A DNA stretch of 64,000 nucleotides, from contig NC_042999.1 of assembly GCF_006345805.1 (NCBI RefSeq), positions 77,004,001 to 77,068,000 on the forward strand, given 5' to 3'. This document shows positions 44,787 through 55,159 of the stretch, one piece after another. The notes beneath the pieces are model-generated. The model saw only the letters and a list, made by a program, of their open reading frames with translations. It ran no database searches and was not told the DNA's origin. The position numbers were made by a program, and so were the translations under genes. Positions within the stretch are counted from its first letter, which is position 1; each line of letters begins with the position of its first letter. The stretch is from Octopus sinensis. Its lineage: Eukaryota.

Positions 44787-45779
44787 TAAATCCTAGATGT
44801 GTTTATATTCACGCCTGTAAATTGTTGTAGGAAAGAGCAATAAAACATAAGCACTAAGAAACGGTACACAAAAATATTCAAACATGATGCAAATTAGCGA
44901 TTAATATTTCCTCACCAAGACATCAGATAAATAAATAGGAAGAAAAAGGACTGCTCAGTACATAAAAACCAGGAAGAATGGCAACCCTACTCCAAAGTAA
45001 GCTAAAAAAAAGTGGGGGTTCCAAAAGACATAACAGAAAAGGAAGCAATATGGAGACAGATGTGCCCATATGTATCGATGAAAAGAAAAATAGCCATACA
45101 AGTATGCTACCCAGAAGAATATCTATTATAGCCGCTCAATATGAGGTGGTTGGCAACTGAGATGACAGTGAACCCGAGATAGACTAACAATGAGTGTTAG
45201 ACGCTGAATGTATAGTGGTTTTGATTTAGTTGAAGGAGTATTTAGAAATTGTTAGTTGAGATCAAATCCGCAGAACTACTTGAATTCCAAAATAAAAATG
45301 TAGAAGCTAAGCTACTCACCTCAAGAGAACATCCAACATATCCCAATCTCATTCAAGTGAGTGTATCCGATAAGAATTGTGGAGGATCAGATGTCGTACA
45401 TAAAGCAACACCAGCCACCAGAAAACTTTATGCTCTCAAGTAAATTAGCTTTTCATCCTCTTGCTATCAACCCCACAATTGCATCAATAACATCAGCCAC
45501 AGATGCAGAAGATGCAGCAAGTAGAGCAACAAGAAAAAAAAACAAACAACACTAACAGTGAGTGCCATCATCATTGAAATAAGAGATAACACACAGACGT
45601 GAACTCTCCCAAAATGCAATATCAACAAAACAAACTTACACACTCATGCAGCAACTAGCCCCTTTCCTTCTCCTCTTCCTCCTCCCACTACTACTACTTC
45701 CACTTTTCATTAACTGATGAGAAAAATGTGTTTAGAGGAATGTGTGGCGTCATTATGAAGGACAAGAAGCAAGCAACAA

Positions 45780-46535
45780 ACGATCATTGTTCCATCACAA
45801 AAAATATAATCAAAGGAATGGCGGTCTTGTCTTTGCGTTTCCCAGGAGTCAGATTGATCTCAAAGCTCTTCAGTGAGGCTTTGAGTGTTTCCTTGAAGTG
45901 CTTTTTTCTGTCCACTTTACGTGCGCTCGCTTTCCACCAGTTCACTCTAAAACAGTCTCTTGGAGAGTCGCGTGTTAAGTATTCGAACAAGGTGGCCTGA
46001 TCCTTTGTCCCTCTAATATCCCGCCAGTCCCCTGTCCTGACAATGTTGCAGTCAATTAGATGCCAATGTTTGCTACGAGGATGCATCGAGGACGTCTTTT
46101 GTGGTTGGGCAGGCGAAACACTGTGCTGCACTGGTCTTCAGCAGCAGATGATCTGTGTTGTTGCTCTTGCTAACTCCGTTTCTCCCAATGACTCCCTCCT
46201 GTATCTTGTAGTCGATGAAGTCGCCGAGAACGACGAACTTGTCCTCCTTAGGCACAGCTACTATATGAGTGCTTCCAAGTCTTCTTAAAATTTACCTTTG
46301 ACTTCTTCGGGTTAGTCATGTTGGGGGCGTAAGCACTGATGATTGCTGAATGGCGCTTTTCTCTAAGAGGAAGCCGTAGAGACGTGGGTCTGTCATTCAG
46401 TCCTTTGGAGAGTCTAGCTAGCTTGCTTTTCAGACTAGATCCGATGGCAAAACCCACTCCTACTTCACGACGTTCGTCGGTACTGCAGCCACTCAAGAAG
46501 AAGGTATAACTGGCTTTGACCTCTGTCAGCTGACC
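45780..46535 (-). mobile_element. Internally deleted RTE LINE (APE joined to the C-terminal domain)
   Basis: GQLTEVKASYTFF.SG...REVGVGFAI, SAYAP, VVLGDF and MHPRSKHWHLID are followed directly by ..KKHFKETLKASLKSFEI; no RT motifs lie between them. Confidence 0.8.
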
Positions 46536-46540
46536 TGTAT

Positions 46541-46564
<24 letters not shown>

Positions 46565-46579
<15 letters not shown>

Positions 46580-46725
46580 ACTCATTTTTGCCAGCTGAGT
46601 GAACTGGAGCAACGTGAAATGAAGTGTTTTGCTCAAGAACACAACGCGTCGCCCGGTCCAGCAATTGAAACCACAATCTTACAATCATGATGCTGACACC
46701 CTAACCACTAAGCCACGCACCTCCA
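46565..46725 (-). mobile_element. tRNA-derived SINE, 5' portion
   Basis: Reverse complement GGAGGTGCGTGGCTTAGTGGTTAGGGTGTCAGCATCATG...GTGGTTTCAATT...GTTGTGTTCTTGAGCAAAACACTTC. Confidence 0.75.
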
Positions 46726-46869
46726 CATGTGTGTGTGTGTGTGTGTGTTTGTATGTATGTATGTATACACAAACACACACACACACACACACATACACAT
46801 TTATTTGGAATTACATGTATAGATCAAAACAGTTTGATTCAAATTCTTTGGTACTCCGAGTTTCAATCG

Positions 46870-47165
46870 TGAGGATGCATGGCCTAATAATTAGGGTGTT
46901 GCACTCACTATCGCGATATTGTGATTTCAATTCCTATACTGAGTTGTGTTCCTGAGCAAAAACGCTTCATCTCATGTTGCTCTGTGATCACTACGAAACC
47001 TAATGCGTAGTATGCAGTGCACCCGTTCAGGCAACGTCAATTTGATGGAGGGAGTAAGCTAATGTACAGTACACACATTTCATCACTATAAACAAATCAA
47101 TCGTGCAGGTTGTTCGGCAAAAACTGAACACTCACACGTCGTCTTCGACAGGAGAGTCCATTATT
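46870..47165 (+). mobile_element. tRNA-derived SINE with an RTE-like 3' tail
   Basis: Head GCATGGCCTAATAATTAGGGTGTTGCACTC...; tail CGTCGTCTTCGACAGGAGAGTCCA resembles the 3' end of the RTE at 37693. Confidence 0.7.
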
Positions 47166-47401
47166 CATTCATTTATTTGTTCATACATACATACATACAT
47201 ACATACATACATACATACATACATACATGCATACATACATACATGCATACATGCATACATACATACATACATACATACATACATACATACATACATACAT
47301 ACATACATACATACATACATACATAGTAGTGGGGAAGGAGAGGGTGAGTGAGAGAGATCCATATTTCAATGTATGTAAGTATGCAATAACAGCTTGTACA
47401 T

Positions 47402-47820
47402 GAAGGCGGCGAGCTGGCAGAAATGTTAGCACGCCGGGCGAAATGCTTAGCTGTATTTCGTCTGCGTTACGTTGTGAGTTCAAATTCCGCCGAGGTCGAT
47501 TTGCCTTTCATCCTTTCGGGGTCGATAAATTAAGTACCAGTTACGCACTGGGGTCGATGTAATCGACTTAATACCTATGTCTGTCCTTGTTTGTCCCCTC
47601 TGTGTTTAGCCCCTTGTGGGTAATAAAGAAATAGGTATTTCGTCTGTCGTTATGTTCTGAGTTCAAATTCCGCCGAGATCGACTTTGCCTTTCACCCTTT
47701 CGGGGTCGATAAATAAAGTACCAGTTTTGCACTGGGGTCGATGTAATCGATTCGATCCCTTTGTCTGTCCTTGTTTGTCCCTTCTAACGTTTAGACCCTT
47801 GCGTGTAGTAAAGAAAAATA
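47402..47820 (+). mobile_element. tRNA-derived SINE plus a tandem 5'-truncated second monomer
   Basis: GAAGGCGGCGAGCTGGCAGAAATGTTAGCACGCCGGG...GAGTTCAAATTCCGCCGAGG...GGGTAATAAAGAAATAGGTATTTCGTCTG, then a repeat of the body (47634-47820). Confidence 0.88.
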
Positions 47821-48496
47821 TGTTTTATACCTATCTTACCTGTACGCAATGTTAGTTACGCATACAAACAATTCATTTTTTTTTTTTTCGTTGTTGGATT
47901 TGGTTTGCAAGATTCTTTATGTGAGTTCGTGTGTTGAAGCATATTCTGTTGTGTCTGGGGAGAGTCATTTACTTTTTGTGCCTTATAATTTAACACACTC
48001 ACCGGTAAAATTTTCACTTATCCCTTATTTTTATTTTCCTAAAATTTTCGTTGCGTCTTGCAACCTTTTCAATAGTCTTGACATATATATATTTATATAT
48101 ATGTAGTGGATCTTGCATGCATGAAGCGGATTCAGTCCACCATAGCCAAATTTAAATTAACACTGCAACAGAACTTTTCCCACGGTGGAACAATAATTGT
48201 AACGATAAAGTTTTTAGTTGAAGTCGAGTGTCACTAGTTGTAGCGGAAGAAATTGATTTATAAACAAGACGCAACGAAATTTTTAGGAAAATAAAAATAA
48301 GGAATAAGAGGAAATTTTACCGGTGGGTGTGTTAAATTATAAGGCACAAAAAGAAAATGATTCTCTCCAGACACAACAAACAATTCATTGTTAACGTCTA
48401 AAAAACGAGTAGAAGTTGAAACGTCCAAGGGAAATAATTAATGTTATCTCCCTTGTATAGCTACGTTATGTTGCGTGGGTTTCAATTGAACTACGT

Positions 48497-48715
48497 TTTA
48501 CCTTTTACTTGTATCAGTCATGAGACTGATGCCATGCTGGGGCAACGCCTTGAAGAATTTTTAGTCGAATGATTCGACCCCAGCACTTTTATTTTAAAGC
48601 CTGATACTTATTCTATCGCTGTCTTTTGCCGAACCACTAGATTACAGGGAGGTAAACACATCAATCGTGAAGCGGTGGTGGGGGAGACAAACACACATAC
48701 ACACGCACACACATA
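48497..48715 (-). mobile_element. SINE-A, 3' half
   Basis: TTTTACTTGTATCAGTCATGAGACTG...TTTTGCCGAACCACTAGATTACAGGGAGGTAAACAC. Confidence 0.75.
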
Positions 48716-48716
48716 C

Positions 48717-48825
<109 letters not shown>

Positions 48826-50428
48826 CAGTTGCGGCCAAAATGTTCAGAACGGCATTGTTTTCGTCAGAAAAGTAAGTATAAGTTTTTATCAAAGTAGTTT
48901 TATATTCTATAATTTTCACAGACAATAAATACAATGTTAATTGTTATTGTCTGAGATTTTGGTGTACTTTGAGAGGATAATACAAAACTTATGGATGATT
49001 TAGTGATTTACTGCAAAACCCATGGCGGCCAAAATGATCAGAACGGTTGAAAAAATAACAAAATAATCAAAAATGACAGAGAATACTGGAATTATTTAAT
49101 ATTTAGTGTGAAGCCCTTTAGCTTCAATCACACTCTGACATCTTTGACTGCATGAGGAAATTAAATTTTCAATTTCTTGCTAGGTGATTTTATTCCATTC
49201 TCCCTAAAGGGAATTCCATAATTGCTCAGTTGTTTTAGGATTTCTGGCTTTCGAACGTTCTCCTAGAATATTCCACATATTTTCAATAGGATTGAGATCT
49301 GGACTTTGAGCTGGCTAATCCATAACAATAACCTTTTCAGCCTTGAGGAAGTTCATGACCACCTTAGCCTTGTGACATGAGGCATTGTCCTGCATGAATA
49401 TGGGTGGTCGCTTAGTTGAATTTCTCAGCACAGGCAAGACATGATCTTTTACAAGTTGTTTATAAACTCCTGCATTTAACTTTCCATGTAATCGCACCAA
49501 AGGGCCCACACCATCTCCAGATATCATTCCCCAAACCATGACACTTCCTCCACCGAATTTAACACTAGTCTTAAGGCATTTAGGCAACAATTTTTCACCT
49601 ACTTTTCTACCATCTGAGCCAAATAGCATAAACTTAGATTCATCACTGAAATACACCGTTTGCCATTTTGCTTGAGACCACAACACATGTTCGGTGGCAA
49701 AGGTAAGACGACACTTTTTATTCTTGGAGCTGATCAGTGGCTTCACTGTAGGTGTTCTTGCTTGTAGGTCATGTTCAACTAAACGACGAGACACAGTTTT
49801 TCGAGATAAAGTTTTCTTCAATACAATGCTCATTTTCTGAGAAACAGCAGCAGCAGTTTTAAATCTGTCCTTTTAAACCAACTTTACCATAGCACGATCT
49901 TCTCTCTTGGTCGTTTTTCTTGACCTACCTGTAAACTTTCTTACCACATTCATCGTAGACCATAAGAATACCATGTACAACACTTTTTGACTTGTTAACA
50001 ATCTTTGCAATAGATCCAATACTTAAATTATCCTTCCTTCGAAGCTTAATAATCTGCTGACGAATTGGTAACGGAGTAAGTGGCATTATATTAACAAAGT
50101 ACACTGCAAATATTCTTACTAATGTTTAGTAAACGAACCGTCACGTAAACAAATTCAAAACATTAGAGTTCGCCGGTTAAATATACTAAAACACGGAGTA
50201 AAAGCAACCGTTCTGATCATTTTGGTCGCCATGGGTTTTGCAGTAAATCACTAAATCATCCATAACTTTTGTATTATCCTCTCAAATTGCACCAAAATCT
50301 CAGGCAATAACAAATAATATTGTATTTATTGTCTGTGAAAATTATAGGATATAAAACAACTTTGATAAAAAATTATATCTACTTTTCTGACGAAAACAAT
50401 ACCGTTCTGAACATTTTGGCCGCCACTG
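48826..50428 (-). mobile_element. Full-length IR/DR-type Tc1 transposon (1603 bp, 224-bp TIRs), inactive
   Basis: TA|CAGTTGCGGCC...GGCCGCCACTG|TA. TIRs 48826-49049 and 50205-50428 each hold two GCGGCCAAAATG.TCAGAACGG direct repeats. Confidence 0.95.
49096..50086 (-). pseudogene. Tc1 DD34E transposase pseudogene
   Basis: MPLTPLPIRQQIIKLR...GR.RKTT.REDR; FSDESKF; KFGGGSVMVWG; QDNASCH-(34)-E in D*PAQSPDLNPIE. Has a TGG>TAG stop, an upstream frameshift and stop, and a short deletion after GSDGR. Confidence 0.92.
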
Positions 50429-50515
50429 TATATTAAACATGGAGAAGGCTTTCCACAGGTAATTTTTGAACCTGCAACAATTTCAGTAACAGTAACATGA
50501 AGAAACTATAGAGTT

Positions 50516-51578
50516 ATGAACGATAAGAAAGCAAAAACACTCTTACCAGTGATTATTGTTTTATTCTTCATGATGCTGTTTGGTTTTATTGGTAATTGTT
50601 TTGTCGTCTATATTCATCCGCTCAAATCAAAATACTCACCATCCGGTTTGCTTGTGATTTTCCTAGGGTGGAGTCAGATTTTGGGCTGCGTGCTTACCAA
50701 TGAATATTTCTATTCTTTTTCATTCGTATAATTTCCCAGATGATATTGTCTGTCGTTTTATGCAGGCTGTCATTTTCATATCGTCTTCTATGACAGGAAT
50801 GATAGTGTTCACAATCGCTGTGGACCTCTTTAAAAAGGTCTGTCGGCCGTTTAAGCCACAGTTTACAAGTCGATATATTAAGAAGATCATCTTCTGCACT
50901 CTTATAGTATTAACTATACTTATGCTCGCCAACTTTTATGTTGGCGGGACCAGGCAGGTTCCGATACATTATAAAAATCTAAATGATACTACGTGCTCAC
51001 TTTCCGATAAGATTCCTCAATACTTTGCGTTGTTTTTTTGTTTTGTTTTTTCTTTTCTTTTCTGTAACATGTTAATAGTATTCGCAATATTGGTGTTTGT
51101 GTTCGTGATGATCTATTCTTCCGTTATTAAACTGAGACACTATGATAAAAATAGGAAAATGCTATTCGACTTTCTAAAACCATCAGTTTTGACAATTGAA
51201 AAATCCTCGATGAATGCTGACTCAGAAGAACCAGAAACCCAAAAGAAAGTGACAGAATCTAATTCGCAAGTGAATCAAAAACAGAGATATTATCTCATAA
51301 CACGAATCGCACTCAATTTGTTTTTTATTACTCTGTCATGGTGTCTCAGCTACATCCTTCATTTCACCCTAACGTTCATAATATCAAAAATGTTTATTAT
51401 AGAGAAAAATAAGAAATCGCATGAACCCACACTATTCAGCTCATCAATGACTTATTATTCAAACGATATAACCATCCCAATAATTTACATAGTCTTCAAC
51501 CCTCCTTTCAGGAGAGATGTTGCTACTTTCTGGAAAAAATATATCTTATGCAAAAGATTTAATAAACTTGACCAATAA
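50516..51578 (+). pseudogene. Rhodopsin-class orphan GPCR paralog 2, frameshifted (probable pseudogene)
   Basis: ORFs 50516-50731 (TM1-TM2) and 50700-51578 (TM2 end to C-terminus) are collinear with paralog 1 (HSYNFPDDI.CRF, IAVD.FKK.CRP, ITLSWCLS, ITIPI.YI.FNP.FR). Versus paralog 1, 19 nt replace 24 nt between the CAG and CCA codons in TM2, a 5-nt loss. Confidence 0.85.
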
Positions 51579-52053
51579 AATTAACTGCATTGTTGTCGTT
51601 ATGGAGCCCGAAGTCGGTGCGATCTACAGTTCATTGTTTCAGACAAGCATCTGTCTAGTAGGAAATTATATTGTATATTCATTTATAAAGTGGTTCATCC
51701 TATTGGGTGTTATGTAGTTATCCCTACACGGTCTACTTTCTTTGGGAATGCATTTAAAGTCTTGTTGTATATAAAGTTAAAGCAATATAAACTGATCGGA
51801 GCATTTATAAGTTGTGCATATTCTAGTGTGTTTGGACGAATAAGATTTTATTCTATGTGTTGATGTTTTTTGATTGATTTGAATGATTGGCAGATGCTTT
51901 TGTAGGATAGTACTGTAGGAATCTTCTAGATGTAGTGGATATATACTCTGGTGATGATTATATAAATAGTGACACACACGATGAGTTCAAAGCAAATAAT
52001 CTTCAAAATTGTTCGCATAACAAGCGTATGTTTATATCTTTCTCCGTGTGTGC

Positions 52054-52137
52054 GTGCGTATCGGGCGTGCGTATCGGGCGTGCGTATCGGGCGTGCGTAT
52101 CGGGCGTGCGGGCGGGCGGGCGGGCGGGCGGGCGGGC
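52054..52137. repeat. GC-rich tandem repeat: (GTGCGTATCGGGC)4 then (GGGC)7
   Basis: Direct inspection. Confidence 0.9.
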
Positions 52138-52403
52138 GTGTGTGGTTAACTTGTGGTGCCAAGTTTAATTCTTTCAGAGGATAAAAATCTAATATAGATT
52201 AACGCTCATCTCTCATCCACTTGCTATAAAAACTGGAGGTAAGCAGCAAGAATTGTGGATTAATTGGTTTCAGATAAATAAAAGCAGGCAATAGATGAAC
52301 GTAATAAATTTACGAACATTTGGTCAGTAAAACTCCTTTGATTTCAAATTATATAAACTTGTGCTTTTGTAAACATCCTCTTTATACATTTTTATAGAAA
52401 AGA

Positions 52404-52763
52404 CTAGCTTAAGGTGACCCGCTCTACGCGCGGGTAAGAATGTGGTTGTTACTTTCTGTTGCTTCCTTTCAGCACGTAAAAAGCACCATCCGAACGTGGC
52501 CGATGGCAGTGCCGCCTTACTGGCTTCTGTGCCGGTGGCACGTAAAATGCACCAACCGATCGTGGCCGCTGCCAGCCCCCCTGGCACCTATGCCGGCGGC
52601 ACGAAAAAAGCACACACTACACTCACAGAGTGGTTGGCGTTAGGAAGGGCATCCAGCTGTAGAAACACTGCCAGATCAGACTGGAGCCTGGTGTAGCCTC
52701 CTGGCTTCCCAGACCCCGGTCAAACTGTCCAACCCGTGCTAGCACGGAAAACGGACGTTAAAC

Positions 52764-52800
<37 letters not shown>

Positions 52801-53549
52801 CTCCCTCTTTGTTTCTCTCTCCTTTCTCTCTCACTTTCCCACTCTCTTACTTTTCTTTTCTCTCGGACTCTCCCTCGCTTTCTCTTACTCTCTATCTTTA
52901 TATATCTATCTCCCATTTATAAACAACAAAAGATCTTGAGTAAGTTGAAAAATAAAATATTTTGAAAGATCAATCATAAATATCAGGCAGTGCCAACGGA
53001 AAGGTCTGCTTCAAGGCAGACAGCAAAACACTAACATTTAAAAGGGACAGACGAACTTGCGAGCTGAATAAAAATAATAAAATATTGGAAACCAAAGTTT
53101 GAAGGGATAGAATCTGGAGATAGTAGATTCACCATAGCTGGCATTTCTTAACGACGGACAGCAACGTATTGACAGTTTAACGGCTGGCGTAAAATTTTGA
53201 ATTTGATGTAAAAGAGAATTCCTAAACACCCGCTCCTGTAAATTTTAATCACCTTCCAGCCCCATTTAGACCCTTTTTCACATTTTGGTTAATATAACCC
53301 GATTTCATTCGGATCTACTGGGGCCACATTTTATAAGATGAGGAATTTTCGTCCTAGTGGTCACGCCTTTCATTTGAGGAAAAAATAGTTGTCATGCAAA
53401 CTCGCCAGCACTTTTAACATAGGTGTGCATATTTTCAGCTCAACCGACCACATAATGCACACATTATATATATATATATATGTGTGTGTGTGTTGTGTGT
53501 GTGTGTTGTGTGTGTGTGTTGTGTGTGCACGAATTATACAAATGTATAC

Positions 53550-53621
<72 letters not shown>

Positions 53622-54303
53622 CACTAATAGGCAAATCAAACAGTGAAAAACATAAACCAAAACATAAAAATAAAAATATAATATACAAAATATATAAAAT
53701 ATAAAATTGAAAAATTTAAATTATTTAAATTTAAAATTAAAATAATTAATTTATATTTATAATTTTTTAAATATATATAACTATCAAAAAGTATTAAAAA
53801 GTTTAATATACATAAATACAGATATATACACTTTGTATATATACATTATATATACATATTTATATATAGAACATACACACACACACATATAAATTAACGC
53901 AATAAATATCTGATTCATAATATTTGTTCTCATGATTGTGTGTTGGTTGTGGCGATGATAATTCTCTCTTTGAATGCAGACAGACGTAGAGAGAGAGAGA
54001 GTGTGAAAGCGCTGTCGAAGGCGGGGAGGGGGGAGATATAGAACGCTGTGAAACGACGTTATAAAGAGAAAGTGAAGGGGAAGTAGACTGTGAAACGACG
54101 TTATAGATGGAAAGTGATGGGAAGGGAGGAAAGAGAGTGAGTGATGGAGGAAGACAGATACATAAAAGAATGAGAGTAGACTTGTCAAAGTACGTTTTTG
54201 GAGTCAATCCGACGGGATCTAGTGGCCTTTAACCTGTTCTCAATGCCAAAACCAGACAAACAAACAAACAAACTTTTCGCATTTCAGAATTATAATATAG
54301 AGA
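52404..54303 (-). mobile_element. Non-autonomous Helitron (~1.9 kb) sharing termini and internal modules with the 345-4505 element
   Basis: Minus strand A|TCTCTATATTATAATTCTGAAATGCG...ACCCGCGCGTAGAGCGGGT-CACCTTAAG-CTAG|T; the hairpin is identical to 4474-4492. 53780-54180 matches 4064-4440 and 53275-53335 matches 921-983. Confidence 0.88.
52470..52798 (+). mobile_element. 5'-truncated SINE with (GAT)n tail, nested in the Helitron
   Basis: Repeated GGCACG.AAAA.GCAC subunits, GGCGTTAGGAAGGGCATCCAGCTGTAGAAAC and an end of GGACGTTAAAC(GAT)n. Confidence 0.7.
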
Positions 54304-54479
54304 TCAATAAAGTGTATATCAGTAATGCATAATGCGTAAAAGATCTATGCAACTTAACATTGAGCAAAATAACTATATATTACAATAGTCATGAGTTCAT
54401 ACCAATCGTAAGTTTTATTTCTATTTCGTAGTTTAGCCGAAGTTCAGTCGTGGCCTTCCAGTCTTTTAATTTTTAGAGA

Positions 54480-54830
54480 CAACGTACTTAGGAACACATT
54501 ATCTAAGGAGTCCTTCCTTTTATAAGACGGTATGGTGTGGTTTGTGAAATGGTTAGATTTGGTGGGAAGGGACAATTTTCATGGATCTGGATAGTATTTC
54601 GTTAATAGCAGTAGAGGTGGGCCTGTTATCTAGTGGACCTTTACATCCTGATTGGAATTCTTGAGGCCAGGCATTTTCAAGCATCGAGAAGCATTCTTTG
54701 TTCCCCCACTTGTTAATGCTAATAGGCGACCAGAGAGGTATCTTAAATGCACGGCGGGATTTTATAAGAATAGCTAATAAGAAAGGGACTTCCTTGCAAA
54801 CATGCTCAAGTAGTTCCAACTCGCTAAAGT
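54480..54830 (-). mobile_element. Possible Penelope-like retroelement remnant
   Basis: Weak similarity of the decayed minus-strand translation to the Penelope thumb region; not secure. Confidence 0.3.
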
Positions 54831-55159
54831 ATCTTGATCTTCTGTAAAATCAATTTGTTTCAATTCAAACCTTTCGATAAGTCGACAACCATAACTATTA
54901 GACATATCTGAAATTAAAATGGGCCGCACAAAAGTGAGAGTATACAAGACAGTAACAAGAACATATATTAATCAGGACATGTCAGATGGGTTATAAATCT
55001 ATAATTTCAGGGGTATGCAGATGTCGGCTGGCGTCGTGCGACGATGGGCAGACAATTTTGTTAATATAGTTTAGGATCCGGTTTAGAATGCGAGTGTGTT
55101 TTTGTTTTTTTTTTTCCAACCTTTGCTTTTCTGAGGATCGAATGTAGGAACTGACACAT

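Noticed and set aside
44950-45560. Cluster of short plus-strand ORFs as a gene
   Set aside because: Fragmented in several frames with no recognisable motif; possibly a decayed LINE ORF1, but I cannot support that.
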